Positions 19,888 through 30,207 are shown, numbered from the stretch's first letter. The stretch: DNA of 64,000 nucleotides from Candidatus Moraniibacteriota bacterium (GCA_013334765.1 JAAXWW010000001.1:172589-236588), one strand, 5' to 3'. Translations and numbers: made by a program. The notes: generated by a model not told the origin, from the letters alone.

Positions 19888-20871
19888 ATGCAAAAAGAGG
19901 AACTGCTGAAGTCCGTCGAGAACGGTGCAAAAGAAAGAACAGTCACGCGTGAAGAAGTGATGAAAGCGTTCGATGACGGAGCGGGAAAAGGAGGCGTGAT
20001 CGATTATCAGGGCAAAAGCGAAAAGCGCATCGGCTTTTCCCAGGCGCTTTATTATATCGGAGGTTTTATCGTGTTTTTGGGCATCGCTGTCCTGATCGGG
20101 GAAAACTGGGACGCGCTTGGCGTTCCTGTCAGGATAGCAGTGACGCTTGGCTCAGGAATCGCCGCCTATGTTGCAGGAGTGATCCTTTCAAGAAGCGGAA
20201 AGTTCCGCCAGATGAGCATCGCATTCCATCTTATTGCCGCCTTGGTTTTGCCAATCGGGCTTCTCGTCACTTTTGACAGTGCCGGATATGACGCGGCAGG
20301 ATCCGGGATAAACAGCCTGGTTTCGCTTATTTTGGTTTCTGTATACATAAGATCATATCTTTTCTTCAAAAGGAATATCTTTCTTGTCTTTTCCGTCATT
20401 TTCGGGACTTGGTTCTTCTATGCGATTTGTGCGTATATGTTCGAGGCGGTTCCTGATCAGGGGATGCTGTTTCAGTATCTGACGCTGATTCTAGGCGTCC
20501 TGTATATTTTTCTAGGGCGTTTCTTTTCTGAACATAAGAACAGCATTTCCGGAGCTCTTTTCGGATTCGGTTCATTGTTCGTTCTGGGGTCGGCCATGGC
20601 GCTTGGCGGATGGAGTCCGGATGAGAATATTTTCTGGGAAGCGGCCTATCCGATAGTAATTTTTGGCATGATCTATTTGGGGATTCATCTCAAAAGGAAA
20701 ATCATACTCATTTTAAGTTCTGCATTCCTGATGGTATATATACTGAAACTTACGGGAGAATATTTCGCTGATAGCCTCGGTTGGCCATTGGCTCTGGTTT
20801 TTTCCGGACTGGCGCTTATCGCGGTCGGATATTATATGGTCTATCTCAATAAGAAATATATCAAAAAATGA
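19888..20871 (+). CDS. multi-pass membrane protein (DUF2157-like)
   Basis: YYIGGFIVFLGIAVLIGENW followed by many TM segments. Confidence 0.7.
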   Translation: MQKEELLKSVENGAKERTVTREEVMKAFDDGAGKGGVIDYQGKSEKRIGFSQALYYIGGFIVFLGIAVLIGENWDALGVPVRIAVTLGSGIAAYVAGVILSRSGKFRQMSIAFHLIAALVLPIGLLVTFDSAGYDAAGSGINSLVSLILVSVYIRSYLFFKRNIFLVFSVIFGTWFFYAICAYMFEAVPDQGMLFQYLTLILGVLYIFLGRFFSEHKNSISGALFGFGSLFVLGSAMALGGWSPDENIFWEAAYPIVIFGMIYLGIHLKRKIILILSSAFLMVYILKLTGEYFADSLGWPLALVFSGLALIAVGYYMVYLNKKYIKK

Positions 20872-21911
20872 TGGGCGAAATCAGGAAAAAGATCGTGACT
20901 ATCGGTGGCGGTACGGGAAGCTTCACGCTTCTTTCCGGTCTCAAGAAATATCCGGTGGACATTTCGGCGATCGTTTCGATGGCGGATGACGGCGGATCGA
21001 CTGGCGTGCTGCGCGACGAGCTGGGTGTCCTTCCTCCAGGAGACGTGAGACAATGTTTGGTGGCACTCAGCGAATCATCGGAAACGCTTCGCGAACTCAT
21101 GGGATACCGTTTCGAAGAAGGCGGGCTCAAAGGCCACAGTTTCGGCAACCTTTTCCTTTCGGCGCTCGAGAAGGTTGAAGGCAGTTTTTCTCGTGGGGTG
21201 GAAGAGGCTTCAAAGATATTGAACATCAAAGGGGAAGTGATTCCGGTAAGTGAGGACAGCATGAAATTGCATATCGGATTGAAAAACGGAAAAGTATTGA
21301 TAGGAGAGAATAATCTTGATCATAATGAGGAAATACGCAAAATAGGGATTGAAAAGGTCTTCTTGAAGCCTCGCGTGTCTGCTTGCAAGAAAGCATTGGA
21401 AAAGATACGGCAGGCGGATATGATTGTCATAGGTCCTGGAGATATGTATGGCTCTATATTGCCGATATTCCTAGTAAGGGAGATTGCGGATGCTATCAGA
21501 AAATCCAAGGCGAAAATAGTTTTCAACTGCAATCTGACTAACAAGAGGGGACAGACAGAAAATTTTACTATTGATGATTACGTTCGGGTCGCTGAGGAAT
21601 ATATAGGCAAGAAAAAGATAGGTTATGTAACATTCAATAGCAAAAGAATACCTGCCGACCTAGTCAGAAAATATGAAAGCCATGAGGGAAAGGGTTCGGT
21701 CATTAAATTCCATGCTGGTTATGATAGGCGTCGAAGTTTTCGTGTTGTTACGGCGGATGTTTTGAATGCCAATGAACCGGCTCGGAACAAGAATGATCTC
21801 ATTTCAGCGTCGCGTGCCTTCATCCGCCATGACAGCGACAAGCTGGCGAAAGTCATCATGATGCTTCTTGAAATCGGGGACTATGAGAAGATAATAAAAG
21901 GGATATTCTAG
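20868..21911 (+). CDS. yvcK: YvcK/GlmR (CofD-like) family protein
   Basis: IGGGTG, MADDGGSTG, PPGDVRQCL, GHSFGNL, RHDSDKLA. Confidence 0.92.
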   Translation: MMGEIRKKIVTIGGGTGSFTLLSGLKKYPVDISAIVSMADDGGSTGVLRDELGVLPPGDVRQCLVALSESSETLRELMGYRFEEGGLKGHSFGNLFLSALEKVEGSFSRGVEEASKILNIKGEVIPVSEDSMKLHIGLKNGKVLIGENNLDHNEEIRKIGIEKVFLKPRVSACKKALEKIRQADMIVIGPGDMYGSILPIFLVREIADAIRKSKAKIVFNCNLTNKRGQTENFTIDDYVRVAEEYIGKKKIGYVTFNSKRIPADLVRKYESHEGKGSVIKFHAGYDRRRSFRVVTADVLNANEPARNKNDLISASRAFIRHDSDKLAKVIMMLLEIGDYEKIIKGIF

Positions 21912-21916
21912 CGCTT

Positions 21917-22555
21917 ATGAAAATATTCATTGATTTGGACGACGTGCTCTTCAATGCAAAAATGTTCGTTGCCGATCTCAAGAAGGCTTTTTTGGAATCG
22001 GGAATACCGGAAGACCTGTTTGATCGCTTCTATATCGATTATCCGATCAAGGGTCCGAACGGGGTGCGGATGTATAACGTTTGGAAGCATCTTGATCTGA
22101 TACGCGGATCAGGAGAGGATGTTTCGAAAGCGGAGGAGGCGGTAGGATCGCTCATGGCAAGCGTTGGCAAATACCTTTTCGGTGACGTTGCGGATTTCCT
22201 GGAAGATATGAAGGGGAATTCCCTGTTCCTGGTGTCTTATGGCGAGACAGAATTCCAGCGGGCGAAGATGGGATCCCTTTCCAGGAACGAGGCGTTCCTG
22301 GAATGCGTCGTTTCCGAAAATGCCAAATCGGAGGTGATAGGCGAGCTGCTCAAGCGCCATGATATAAGGAGTTTGGGAAGATCTTTCTTTATCGATGACC
22401 GCTTGGAGAATATCCAGGACATAAAAAACCGTTTTCCTGAAATGACGACCATCCTGATGCATAGGAAGGAAGGACGCTATCAAGATCCGGCTGATGAGAC
22501 TTGCGATTATGTCGTTGAAAACCTTCTCGAAGCTGGGAAGATAATAATTTCATAA
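21917..22555 (+). CDS. HAD-superfamily hydrolase
   Basis: IFIDLDDVL motif I and FIDD motif IV. Confidence 0.8.
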   Translation: MKIFIDLDDVLFNAKMFVADLKKAFLESGIPEDLFDRFYIDYPIKGPNGVRMYNVWKHLDLIRGSGEDVSKAEEAVGSLMASVGKYLFGDVADFLEDMKGNSLFLVSYGETEFQRAKMGSLSRNEAFLECVVSENAKSEVIGELLKRHDIRSLGRSFFIDDRLENIQDIKNRFPEMTTILMHRKEGRYQDPADETCDYVVENLLEAGKIIIS

Positions 22556-22565
22556 TCAAAAGCGT

Positions 22566-24392
22566 ATGTGTGGAATCGTCGCTTACATCGGAAACAAGAA
22601 AGCCGCTCCGATCCTTCTGGAGGGGCTCAAGCGTTTGGAATATCGAGGTTATGACAGTGCGGGGGTGTCGCTTTTCGGGAAAGGCATAAGAACCATAAAG
22701 GCAGTGGGGAAGGTTGCCAATCTCGAGGAGAAGATTTCCGCGAAAGATATGGACGCGACTGTCGGGATCGCCCATACGCGCTGGGCGACGCATGGCAAGC
22801 CGAGCGACAAGAATTCTCATCCGCACGGCGACTGCAAGGGCGATATTTTCCTGGTGCATAACGGGATCATTGAGAACTACAAGGAGTTGAAAGACATGCT
22901 TGTCAAAAAGAAGCACATATTCAAATCGGAAACCGATTCGGAAGTGATTGCTCATCTCATTGAGGAATTGAATAAGAAACTGGATTACAAGGACTCGGTG
23001 CTAGAGGCGCTTAGGATGGTCGAAGGGACATACGGGCTTGCGATCATCAGCAAAAAAGAGCCAGACAAAGTCATTATCGCCCGCTCCGGAAGCCCTTTGA
23101 TTATGGGAGTCGGAGACGGAGAATTCATCGTTGCATCAGACGCTTCGGCGATCATCCGCTATACCGACAAGGTCATATATCTGGAAGACGGGGAAGTGGC
23201 GATTTTGGAAAGAGGGAAATATGAATTCATGAATATTAAAAACAAGAAGATAGACAAGGAAGTTTCCAAATTGGATTGGACGATGGAAAAAGCCCAAAAG
23301 CAAGGGTTCGATCATTTCATGCTCAAAGAAATTTTCGAGCAGCCGGAAACGATTCAGAATGCTATTCGAGGAAGATTGGTTGCAAGCGAAGGAGCGGCGA
23401 AGCTCGGCGGGCTCAATGATATCTCAGAGAAGCTCAGGAAACTCAAGAGAATAATAATCGTGAGTTGCGGAACTTCATATCATGCGGGGCTTATCGGTGA
23501 ATATATGATCGAAGAGTATGCCGGCATCCCGGTCGAGGTGGAATATGCTTCCGAATTCAGGTATCGAAAGCCGCTTCTGGATGACAGGACGGCAGTCATT
23601 GCCATTTCTCAATCGGGCGAGACGGCTGACACGCTGGCGGCGATCCGTGAGGCCAAGAACAAAGGAGCGCTCACGATCGGAATCGTGAACACGGTCGGTT
23701 CGACCATCGCGCGGGAAACAGACGCGGGCATATACAATCATGCTGGACCGGAAATCGGAGTGGCTTCGACCAAGGCATTCACTTCACAGTTGAGCATCCT
23801 CGTTCTTTTAGCGATCTATCTCGGACGTCAGCGCGACATGTCACTGGTCATGGGCAAAAGGATCGCGAGCGAGATGAACAGGATCCCTGGAAAAATAGAA
23901 TCGATTCTGAAAGAGTCCAAAGAGATAAAAAAGATTGCCAAGAAATATACTAAATTTGGAAATTTCCTATATCTTGGAAGGAAATACAATTTTCCGATCG
24001 CTTCGGAGGGCGCGCTTAAGATCAAGGAGATTTCCTATGTCCATGCGGAAGGGTATGCGACCGGAGAAATGAAGCACGGTCCGATCGCGCTTATTGACGG
24101 GAATTTCCCTTCGATTTTCATCGTTCCGGATGACAGTGTCTATGAGAAGAACATGAGTGGCATCCAGGAAATCAAGGCGCGCGGAGGGAAGGTGATTGCT
24201 ATTGCTACAAAAGGAAACACAGAAATAAAAAAGATCGCCGATGATGTGATATATATTCCGAAAACGCTCGAGATGCTTACGCCGCTCCTTTCCGTCATCC
24301 CGCTCCAGCTCCTGGCATATTATGTCGGGATTGGCAAAGGCTATGACGTCGACAAGCCGAGGAATTTGGCCAAAAGCGTGACAGTGGAATAA
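22566..24392 (+). CDS. glmS: glutamine--fructose-6-phosphate transaminase
   Basis: MCGIV start, HTRWATHG, SQSGETADT, PRNLAKSVTVE end. Confidence 0.99.
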   Translation: MCGIVAYIGNKKAAPILLEGLKRLEYRGYDSAGVSLFGKGIRTIKAVGKVANLEEKISAKDMDATVGIAHTRWATHGKPSDKNSHPHGDCKGDIFLVHNGIIENYKELKDMLVKKKHIFKSETDSEVIAHLIEELNKKLDYKDSVLEALRMVEGTYGLAIISKKEPDKVIIARSGSPLIMGVGDGEFIVASDASAIIRYTDKVIYLEDGEVAILERGKYEFMNIKNKKIDKEVSKLDWTMEKAQKQGFDHFMLKEIFEQPETIQNAIRGRLVASEGAAKLGGLNDISEKLRKLKRIIIVSCGTSYHAGLIGEYMIEEYAGIPVEVEYASEFRYRKPLLDDRTAVIAISQSGETADTLAAIREAKNKGALTIGIVNTVGSTIARETDAGIYNHAGPEIGVASTKAFTSQLSILVLLAIYLGRQRDMSLVMGKRIASEMNRIPGKIESILKESKEIKKIAKKYTKFGNFLYLGRKYNFPIASEGALKIKEISYVHAEGYATGEMKHGPIALIDGNFPSIFIVPDDSVYEKNMSGIQEIKARGGKVIAIATKGNTEIKKIADDVIYIPKTLEMLTPLLSVIPLQLLAYYVGIGKGYDVDKPRNLAKSVTVE

Positions 24393-24480
24393 TTGTTTCG
24401 TTTTCAGGCTGGATATCGCAGGCATATTTTCCGGAAATATCATCCGACATGCTATAGTGGAATAGAACTGAATTTTTATT

Positions 24481-25926
24481 ATGGAACAGGAAAATAACCA
24501 ACAACCCAAAACCCTGACGCTATCGGAATTCCGCCATGAGGTGGGGATTCCTTTGCTTTTGGCGCGCAAACTGGTTCTCTGGGGCGAAATCGGGGCGGTC
24601 AAGGCGATGGATGGGACCATACGGATCGCTGAAACGGAAGTAGCGGTCGCCAAGAGGCTGATGACTACCCCATGGAAGAAAGCGGCGCTTTTTGTCCGCA
24701 TGCTCGGCCCAGGACTCATCACCGGCGCATCGGACGACGATCCGTCCGGAATCGGGACATATTCGTCCGTCGGTGCCAAATTCGGCCTGGGAATAATCTG
24801 GACGGCTGCCTGGCTTTTTCCAGTCATGCTGGCTATTCAGGAAGTCTGCGCCAGGATCGGGATAGTGACGAATCGCGGATTGGCCGGAGTCATCAAGGGG
24901 CAATATAAAAAGAGGATCGTTTATAGTGTCGTGTTTCTTCTTGTCGTCGCCAATGTCATCAATATCGGAGTCGATCTAGGTGCCATGGCAGAGTCCCTCG
25001 CGATGCTTGTCGGAATCAATTTCTATTTTGCGGCTCTTGCTTTCGCATTGATATCTATCATATTCGAGGTGTTCATCGGGTATCATTTGTATATAAAATT
25101 CCTGAAGTGGCTTTCTCTTTCCGTTCTTGCCTATGTGGCGGCTGGCATCATTATCCATCCGGATTGGTTGGCGGTTTCCAAGAGCATGTTCGTTCCGGTT
25201 GTTAGGCTGGAGAAGGAATACATATTTGCTCTTATCGCTATTTTCGGAACTACTATCACCCCGTATCTGTTTTTTTGGCAGGCATCGGGAGAAGTGGAAG
25301 AAAACAAGCTGGCTTATTCCGTGCTTTATCCGAGGAAAGTGGTTGGCCGTAAATTGAAAGCTAGAATCGGGCGTATGCGTACGGATGTTTTTACTGGAAT
25401 GTTCCTAGCTAATGTTGTTTTTTTCTTCATTGTCCTCACGACTTCCCATGCGCTTTTTGGAAACGGGATAACGGAAATCGGGACAGCCAAAGAGGCGGCG
25501 GAAGCACTGAAGCCTCTGGCGGGGCGCTATGCTTATCTTCTTTTCGCATTGGGAATAATCGGGACCGGAATGCTTGCGATTCCTGTTCTTGCTGGGTCAG
25601 GAGCTTATGCTATGGCTGAAATCATGGAATGGGAGGAAGGTTTGGATCTGAAATTTTCTCGAGCCAAGGGGTTTTATCTGGTCATAGTATTCTCGGTTCT
25701 TATCGGGTTATCGCTCAACCTGTTCCACGTCAATCCGATAACTGCTCTTTATTGGGACGCTTTCATTAATGGCATCATTTCCATTCCTCTTTTGATAGTT
25801 ATCATGCTGGTTGGGAACAACAAGAAGATAATGGGAAGGGAAACGCATCCGGGATGGGTGAAGATATTCGGATGGGCAGCGGTCGCTATAATGATCCTGG
25901 CGGTGTGCGTGTTTATTTTTATGTGA
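24481..25926 (+). CDS. NRAMP-family divalent metal transporter with N-terminal extension
   Basis: GPGLITGASDDDPSGIGTYS, GTTITPYLFFWQ; about 65 extra N-terminal residues. Confidence 0.88.
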   Translation: MEQENNQQPKTLTLSEFRHEVGIPLLLARKLVLWGEIGAVKAMDGTIRIAETEVAVAKRLMTTPWKKAALFVRMLGPGLITGASDDDPSGIGTYSSVGAKFGLGIIWTAAWLFPVMLAIQEVCARIGIVTNRGLAGVIKGQYKKRIVYSVVFLLVVANVINIGVDLGAMAESLAMLVGINFYFAALAFALISIIFEVFIGYHLYIKFLKWLSLSVLAYVAAGIIIHPDWLAVSKSMFVPVVRLEKEYIFALIAIFGTTITPYLFFWQASGEVEENKLAYSVLYPRKVVGRKLKARIGRMRTDVFTGMFLANVVFFFIVLTTSHALFGNGITEIGTAKEAAEALKPLAGRYAYLLFALGIIGTGMLAIPVLAGSGAYAMAEIMEWEEGLDLKFSRAKGFYLVIVFSVLIGLSLNLFHVNPITALYWDAFINGIISIPLLIVIMLVGNNKKIMGRETHPGWVKIFGWAAVAIMILAVCVFIFM

Positions 25927-25953
25927 ATTTATCTTTAAACAATACAAATAGTT

Positions 25954-26364
25954 ATGATAAAGAATATCCTAGATGTAGCTGTTAATTTCCTCCCTTTTGC
26001 GGTTGCTATTATTTCACTGGCGGTTGCATATTTTGAGTGGAAAAAGTCAGAACAACAAGAGAATTTTTTTCGTCAGCAGTTGATTGCTCTCCTTCATCAT
26101 GCTGAAGGAGTAGCTAGTTCTGTAAAGCAAATAACGTACTCGGCTAATTCGGGGGAATTTTCTAGCGTTAAGGATGTTTCAGCTGCGGTCAATTCGGCTG
26201 CTAATAATGCCGAAGCATTATTTTTTGGGTTAATTGAAACTAAAGTCGGAAATGTTTCATTGAAGAATGAATTGGATAAAAAATATACTGAATGGGCAGA
26301 TCTTGAACTTGAGAGAAAGAAGCGCCCATTGCGGGATTTTTTGGATAAGCGTAATGGTAGTTGA
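25954..26364 (+). CDS. hypothetical protein with one N-terminal TM
   Basis: 136-aa ORF filling the gap, AT-rich codon usage. Confidence 0.6.
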   Translation: MIKNILDVAVNFLPFAVAIISLAVAYFEWKKSEQQENFFRQQLIALLHHAEGVASSVKQITYSANSGEFSSVKDVSAAVNSAANNAEALFFGLIETKVGNVSLKNELDKKYTEWADLELERKKRPLRDFLDKRNGS

Positions 26365-26369
26365 TCCTT

Positions 26370-27407
26370 ATGAATGATGATTACTTAAATAGCTTACTAA
26401 AAAAAATAAATCAGCCGAAATTCCGGTTAGGTCAGATCAGGAAAGCCGTCTTTCAAGACGGCGTTTCTTCGTTTTCTGAAATCACGACCCTTTCAAAGGA
26501 TTTGAGAGAAATGATGGAGAAGAAAATCAATTTCCTGTCTTTTGATGTGGAAAAAGTCCTGATTGCGAAAAACAAGCAATCCATGAAAGCACTTCTGAGG
26601 CTTAGAGATGGCAATCTCATCGAAACAGTCCTCATATCGCCAATCACTGGCTCATGGTCCGCTTGCATATCCTGCCAAGTCGGATGCCAGATGGGTTGCC
26701 GTTTCTGCGCGACCGGAAAAATGGGATTCAAGAGGAATCTGACGGCGGAGGAAATCACGGATCAGGTTCTTTTCTGGAAGCAGTATCTGAAAAAGAATAA
26801 TATTCCTGGAAGTTTTTCCAATATCGTCTATATGGGCATGGGCGAGCCTTTCAATAATTGGGACGAAGTTTCCGCGAGCATCAGGAATCTCACCGATCAG
26901 GAATTGTTCGGATTCGGCTCAAGGAGCATCTCTGTTTCCACGGCTGGGATTGCGGAGGGAATCGAGAGGATGGCGCAGGAATTCCCTCAAGTGAACCTGG
27001 CTATTTCGCTTCATTTCGCGACGGATGAAAAGCGCGGAGAATTCATGCCGATAAACAAAAAAGATAATTTGGAAAGTCTGAGGATGGCGCTCCGAAAATA
27101 TTTCGAGTCGACGAAAAGGAAAGTCTTTCTGGAATATGTCATGCTGGAAGGAATGAATGACAGTGCAAGCGACGCATTCGATCTGTCCAAATATATAAAA
27201 TCGATCGGCAAGCTTCAGCTTCTTCATGTGAATCTTATCCGATACAACGCGACGTCGGATCCGCCGGCTGGCGGACTCGTTCCTTCAACGAAAGCCAGGA
27301 CGGAGCGCTTCAGGGCGGAGCTGGAAAGATACGGAATCCCAGTGACAATCCGCAAATCGCTCGGCGAAGAGATCCAAGGAGCCTGCGGGCAGCTGGCAGG
27401 GAAATAG
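26370..27407 (+). CDS. rlmN: 23S rRNA/tRNA m2A methyltransferase (radical SAM)
   Basis: CQMGCRFC, YMGMGEP, LAISLH, GACGQL. Confidence 0.95.
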   Translation: MNDDYLNSLLKKINQPKFRLGQIRKAVFQDGVSSFSEITTLSKDLREMMEKKINFLSFDVEKVLIAKNKQSMKALLRLRDGNLIETVLISPITGSWSACISCQVGCQMGCRFCATGKMGFKRNLTAEEITDQVLFWKQYLKKNNIPGSFSNIVYMGMGEPFNNWDEVSASIRNLTDQELFGFGSRSISVSTAGIAEGIERMAQEFPQVNLAISLHFATDEKRGEFMPINKKDNLESLRMALRKYFESTKRKVFLEYVMLEGMNDSASDAFDLSKYIKSIGKLQLLHVNLIRYNATSDPPAGGLVPSTKARTERFRAELERYGIPVTIRKSLGEEIQGACGQLAGK

Positions 27408-27409
27408 GT

Positions 27410-27811
27410 TTATTTCTTGATAAATCCGAAGTGTTCAAGTGCTGGGATAATGTTCGGCGCCAGATTTTCTTTTCCTATATTCTCAATATCCAGCCATTTC
27501 CATTGGCGGATATCATCGCCTGGAGTTATTTCGCCAATTCTTTTGGCTAGGAAATGAACAAGGATGATATCGATTGAACCTTCAGGAGTTTCTTTTCTAG
27601 TGAACACAATAAATGGATTTCTATCCAGTATTTCCAAATCTATGCCGGCTTCCTCCTTGGCTTCGCGTTTGGCATTTTCTATCAAATTTGTTTCATAGTT
27701 TTCGACAGTTCCTCCGCAGAATTTCCAGAAGTCGGTGTCGTCATGCTGGTCGAGGAGAACTTTGTTATTTTCTACGATGACTGGACCAGAAGCGACGATT
27801 ATTTTGGGCAT
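27410..27811 (-). CDS. Nudix hydrolase
   Basis: GGTVENYETNLIENAKREAKEEAG; the ORF is on the minus strand (CAT at 27809-27811) although the track labels it +. Confidence 0.85.
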   Translation of the reverse strand: MPKIIVASGPVIVENNKVLLDQHDDTDFWKFCGGTVENYETNLIENAKREAKEEAGIDLEILDRNPFIVFTRKETPEGSIDIILVHFLAKRIGEITPGDDIRQWKWLDIENIGKENLAPNIIPALEHFGFIKK

Positions 27812-27840
27812 ATGTTTTTTGATTATTTCTTATACCTATG

Positions 27841-29445
27841 TTATATACCTTTGACCATATATGTGTCTTTCAGCCGGTATCCGGATTTACGATAATAACT
27901 GCGGACTCCCACGCCGGAAATGACGGCTATCTTTTTCAATCCGAATTCTTCCCTGGCGATTCGTTCGGCTTCCGCCAGAAGCTTTTTCCCGAGACCGATA
28001 TGCTGAGGGGATGAAGTATCCTTTTTGTTTATGCCGGTCATTTTCCCATAGGTGTGGACTTCCCGGATAAGCGCTGAATTCCTGAGTGCGGTTATCGCAT
28101 GCGTAATATTATTGTCTGATGGAATGCGCAGTCTGAGAAGAGCGAAAAGTTTTTTCTTATCCGGCGATACGTATTGCAGGAATATTTCCTTCCCGTCGGA
28201 TGCATCATAGTTGATGCGGTCCAGCACTATTTCTTCTTTGATGCTGTAGTTCTCACGCACTTCCCGACAGCGGATGCATGGGCATCTGGATTCGTTCGCA
28301 ATCAGTTGACGCAAATTGGAAACGATAGGGCCTGCCACTATTGAAGAGTTCGGCACATCGCGGACCAAGCGGGCAATTCGGACATAGGGCGGAATAAGAT
28401 CATTCTTGATCCTGATTATCAATTTCTCAAAATCATTGTCGGACAGCGGCTCATATCCTTTTCTTTTCCATATATCATGCAGTTCGCTTCCTGCCAGAAC
28501 AACGGTAGGATATATCTTCAGCATGTCCGGCTGGAAACGCTCATCATTGAAAAGCATGCTGAACATTTCGAGATCGCGCTTGGGAGTCGAATCGGGAAGT
28601 CCCGGCATTATGTGGTAGTTTATTTTGAATCCGGCGTCTTTCAAGAGCTTGGTGGCTTGGGCTGTCGCGCTTATGGAATGGCCGCGCCTGGTTTTCGTCA
28701 GGATATCGTCAAAAACGCTTTGGATGCCCAGCTCGACCCGGGTGCAGCCCAAAAGCCTGAAGTTGATGATCTCCTTCTCATCGATATAGTCGGGACGTGT
28801 TTCCAAGGTAAGCCCGATGATGCGATGTTTGGCTCTTTCATTCCGCTTCTCTTCCTTGAAGAGAGCCGCGCTCAAACCAGCGGATCGGGGAATCTTTTTT
28901 CTGGCTATGTTACTCGGATAATCATTGGCAGCTCGGAAGCATTCGGCAATGAATTTCTTCTGATAGGCTTTGGGCAGATATGAGAATGTTCCGCCCATGA
29001 CGATGAGTTCTATCTTATCGGTAGCATGTCCATTGAGTTCCAGGGCTGAGAGGCGGTTCTGAACCTGGCGATAGGGATCGAACTTGGCAGTGATGGCCCG
29101 CATGACTGCCGGCTCATTGGAAAGGTAGCTTTTGGGCATGTTCTTTTCGCTGGGGCAATAGGTGCATTTTCCTGGGCAGGGATGGCTTTTAGTGAGGACG
29201 GCGACAGCGGCTATGCCTGAAGCCGTGCGGATTTTCTTGCTAAAAAGCAGTTTTTCGAATTTTTCGCTCCGGGATATCTTCCTGTCCGATACGAGTTTCT
29301 CATAGGACTGTCTCAAGTCGGCATTGGTCGGAATCGGGAGTCCATGCTTGGCGGACAGCCTTTTCTTGAGCTTCAAAAACTCTTCGCGCGATTCAGGAAG
29401 GCTTTCGATTGCGGAGATTATATAATTGTCGTATTGTTTATTCAT
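27841..29445 (-). CDS. elp3: Elp3-family tRNA uridine(34) acetyltransferase (radical SAM plus KAT)
   Basis: CPGKCTYCP, PKSY..NEPA, MGGTF, LETRPD, KIYPT, CIRCRE, QHIGLGKKLL, VISGVGVRSYY. Confidence 0.93.
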   Translation of the reverse strand: MNKQYDNYIISAIESLPESREEFLKLKKRLSAKHGLPIPTNADLRQSYEKLVSDRKISRSEKFEKLLFSKKIRTASGIAAVAVLTKSHPCPGKCTYCPSEKNMPKSYLSNEPAVMRAITAKFDPYRQVQNRLSALELNGHATDKIELIVMGGTFSYLPKAYQKKFIAECFRAANDYPSNIARKKIPRSAGLSAALFKEEKRNERAKHRIIGLTLETRPDYIDEKEIINFRLLGCTRVELGIQSVFDDILTKTRRGHSISATAQATKLLKDAGFKINYHIMPGLPDSTPKRDLEMFSMLFNDERFQPDMLKIYPTVVLAGSELHDIWKRKGYEPLSDNDFEKLIIRIKNDLIPPYVRIARLVRDVPNSSIVAGPIVSNLRQLIANESRCPCIRCREVRENYSIKEEIVLDRINYDASDGKEIFLQYVSPDKKKLFALLRLRIPSDNNITHAITALRNSALIREVHTYGKMTGINKKDTSSPQHIGLGKKLLAEAERIAREEFGLKKIAVISGVGVRSYYRKSGYRLKDTYMVKGI

Positions 29446-30154
29446 GAAAAAAGAAGCGATTAGCAGGGTTTTGGCTGGAACTGAAAACGGTTATGATATG
29501 ATTGCCGCGAAATTTTCTGCGACAAGGAGCGCTTTTTGGCGTGATTTGGATTTCATCAGGGATATTGCGGCGGATGGCGACAGGATACTGGATTATGGAT
29601 GCGGAAACGGGAGGCTGCTATCCTTGTTTGAAGACAGGGCGGTCGATTATTTCGGGGTTGACGTTTCAGGAAAGCTTATTGAAAAAGCAAAGGGCAGATT
29701 TCCTGAATATTCGGAAAGATTCTCCAAGATTTCCAGTGAGGCGAGTCTATCATTTCCGGACGGTTTTTTCAATGCTGTTTTTTCCATAGCGGTTTTCCAT
29801 CATTTTCCACGGAGTCACGCCGATAGGATGGCTCGCGAGCTTTTCCGGGTGACTGGCGACGGAGGAACGATTGCAATAACGGTCTGGAACGTATGGCAGA
29901 AGAGATATAGACGGCATATCTGGGGGCCAAGGGCGGTTTTAGGCAAGATTTTCAATCTTGGCGAATACCGTAGCTTAGGCTTGAAAGACGCTGTCATACC
30001 TTTTGAAAATGATGACGGCAAGATTTTCCATCGTTATCACCGAGCATATACCAAAAAGGATATCCGTGCTATTTTTTCCAAAGCCGGATTTTCCATTGAA
30101 GAATGCTTCATATCCGGCGGCAAGAACATAGTTCTCGTCGCTAAGAAAAGGTGA
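29444..30154 (+). CDS. class I SAM methyltransferase, Trm9/ALKBH8-like
   Basis: YDMIAAKFSATR...W, DYGCGNG, SIAVFHH, ITVW, DAVIPF, HRYH. Confidence 0.75.
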   Translation: MKKEAISRVLAGTENGYDMIAAKFSATRSAFWRDLDFIRDIAADGDRILDYGCGNGRLLSLFEDRAVDYFGVDVSGKLIEKAKGRFPEYSERFSKISSEASLSFPDGFFNAVFSIAVFHHFPRSHADRMARELFRVTGDGGTIAITVWNVWQKRYRRHIWGPRAVLGKIFNLGEYRSLGLKDAVIPFENDDGKIFHRYHRAYTKKDIRAIFSKAGFSIEECFISGGKNIVLVAKKR

Positions 30155-30207
30155 CGGATTGTGGTATAATACAAAAATAGGGAAATAAACAAAAGAAAAA
30201 ACAGGCA

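Noticed and set aside
27410-27811. Track label of + strand for the Nudix ORF
   Set aside because: The listed protein translates from the minus strand (CAT at 27809-27811), so it is annotated as minus.
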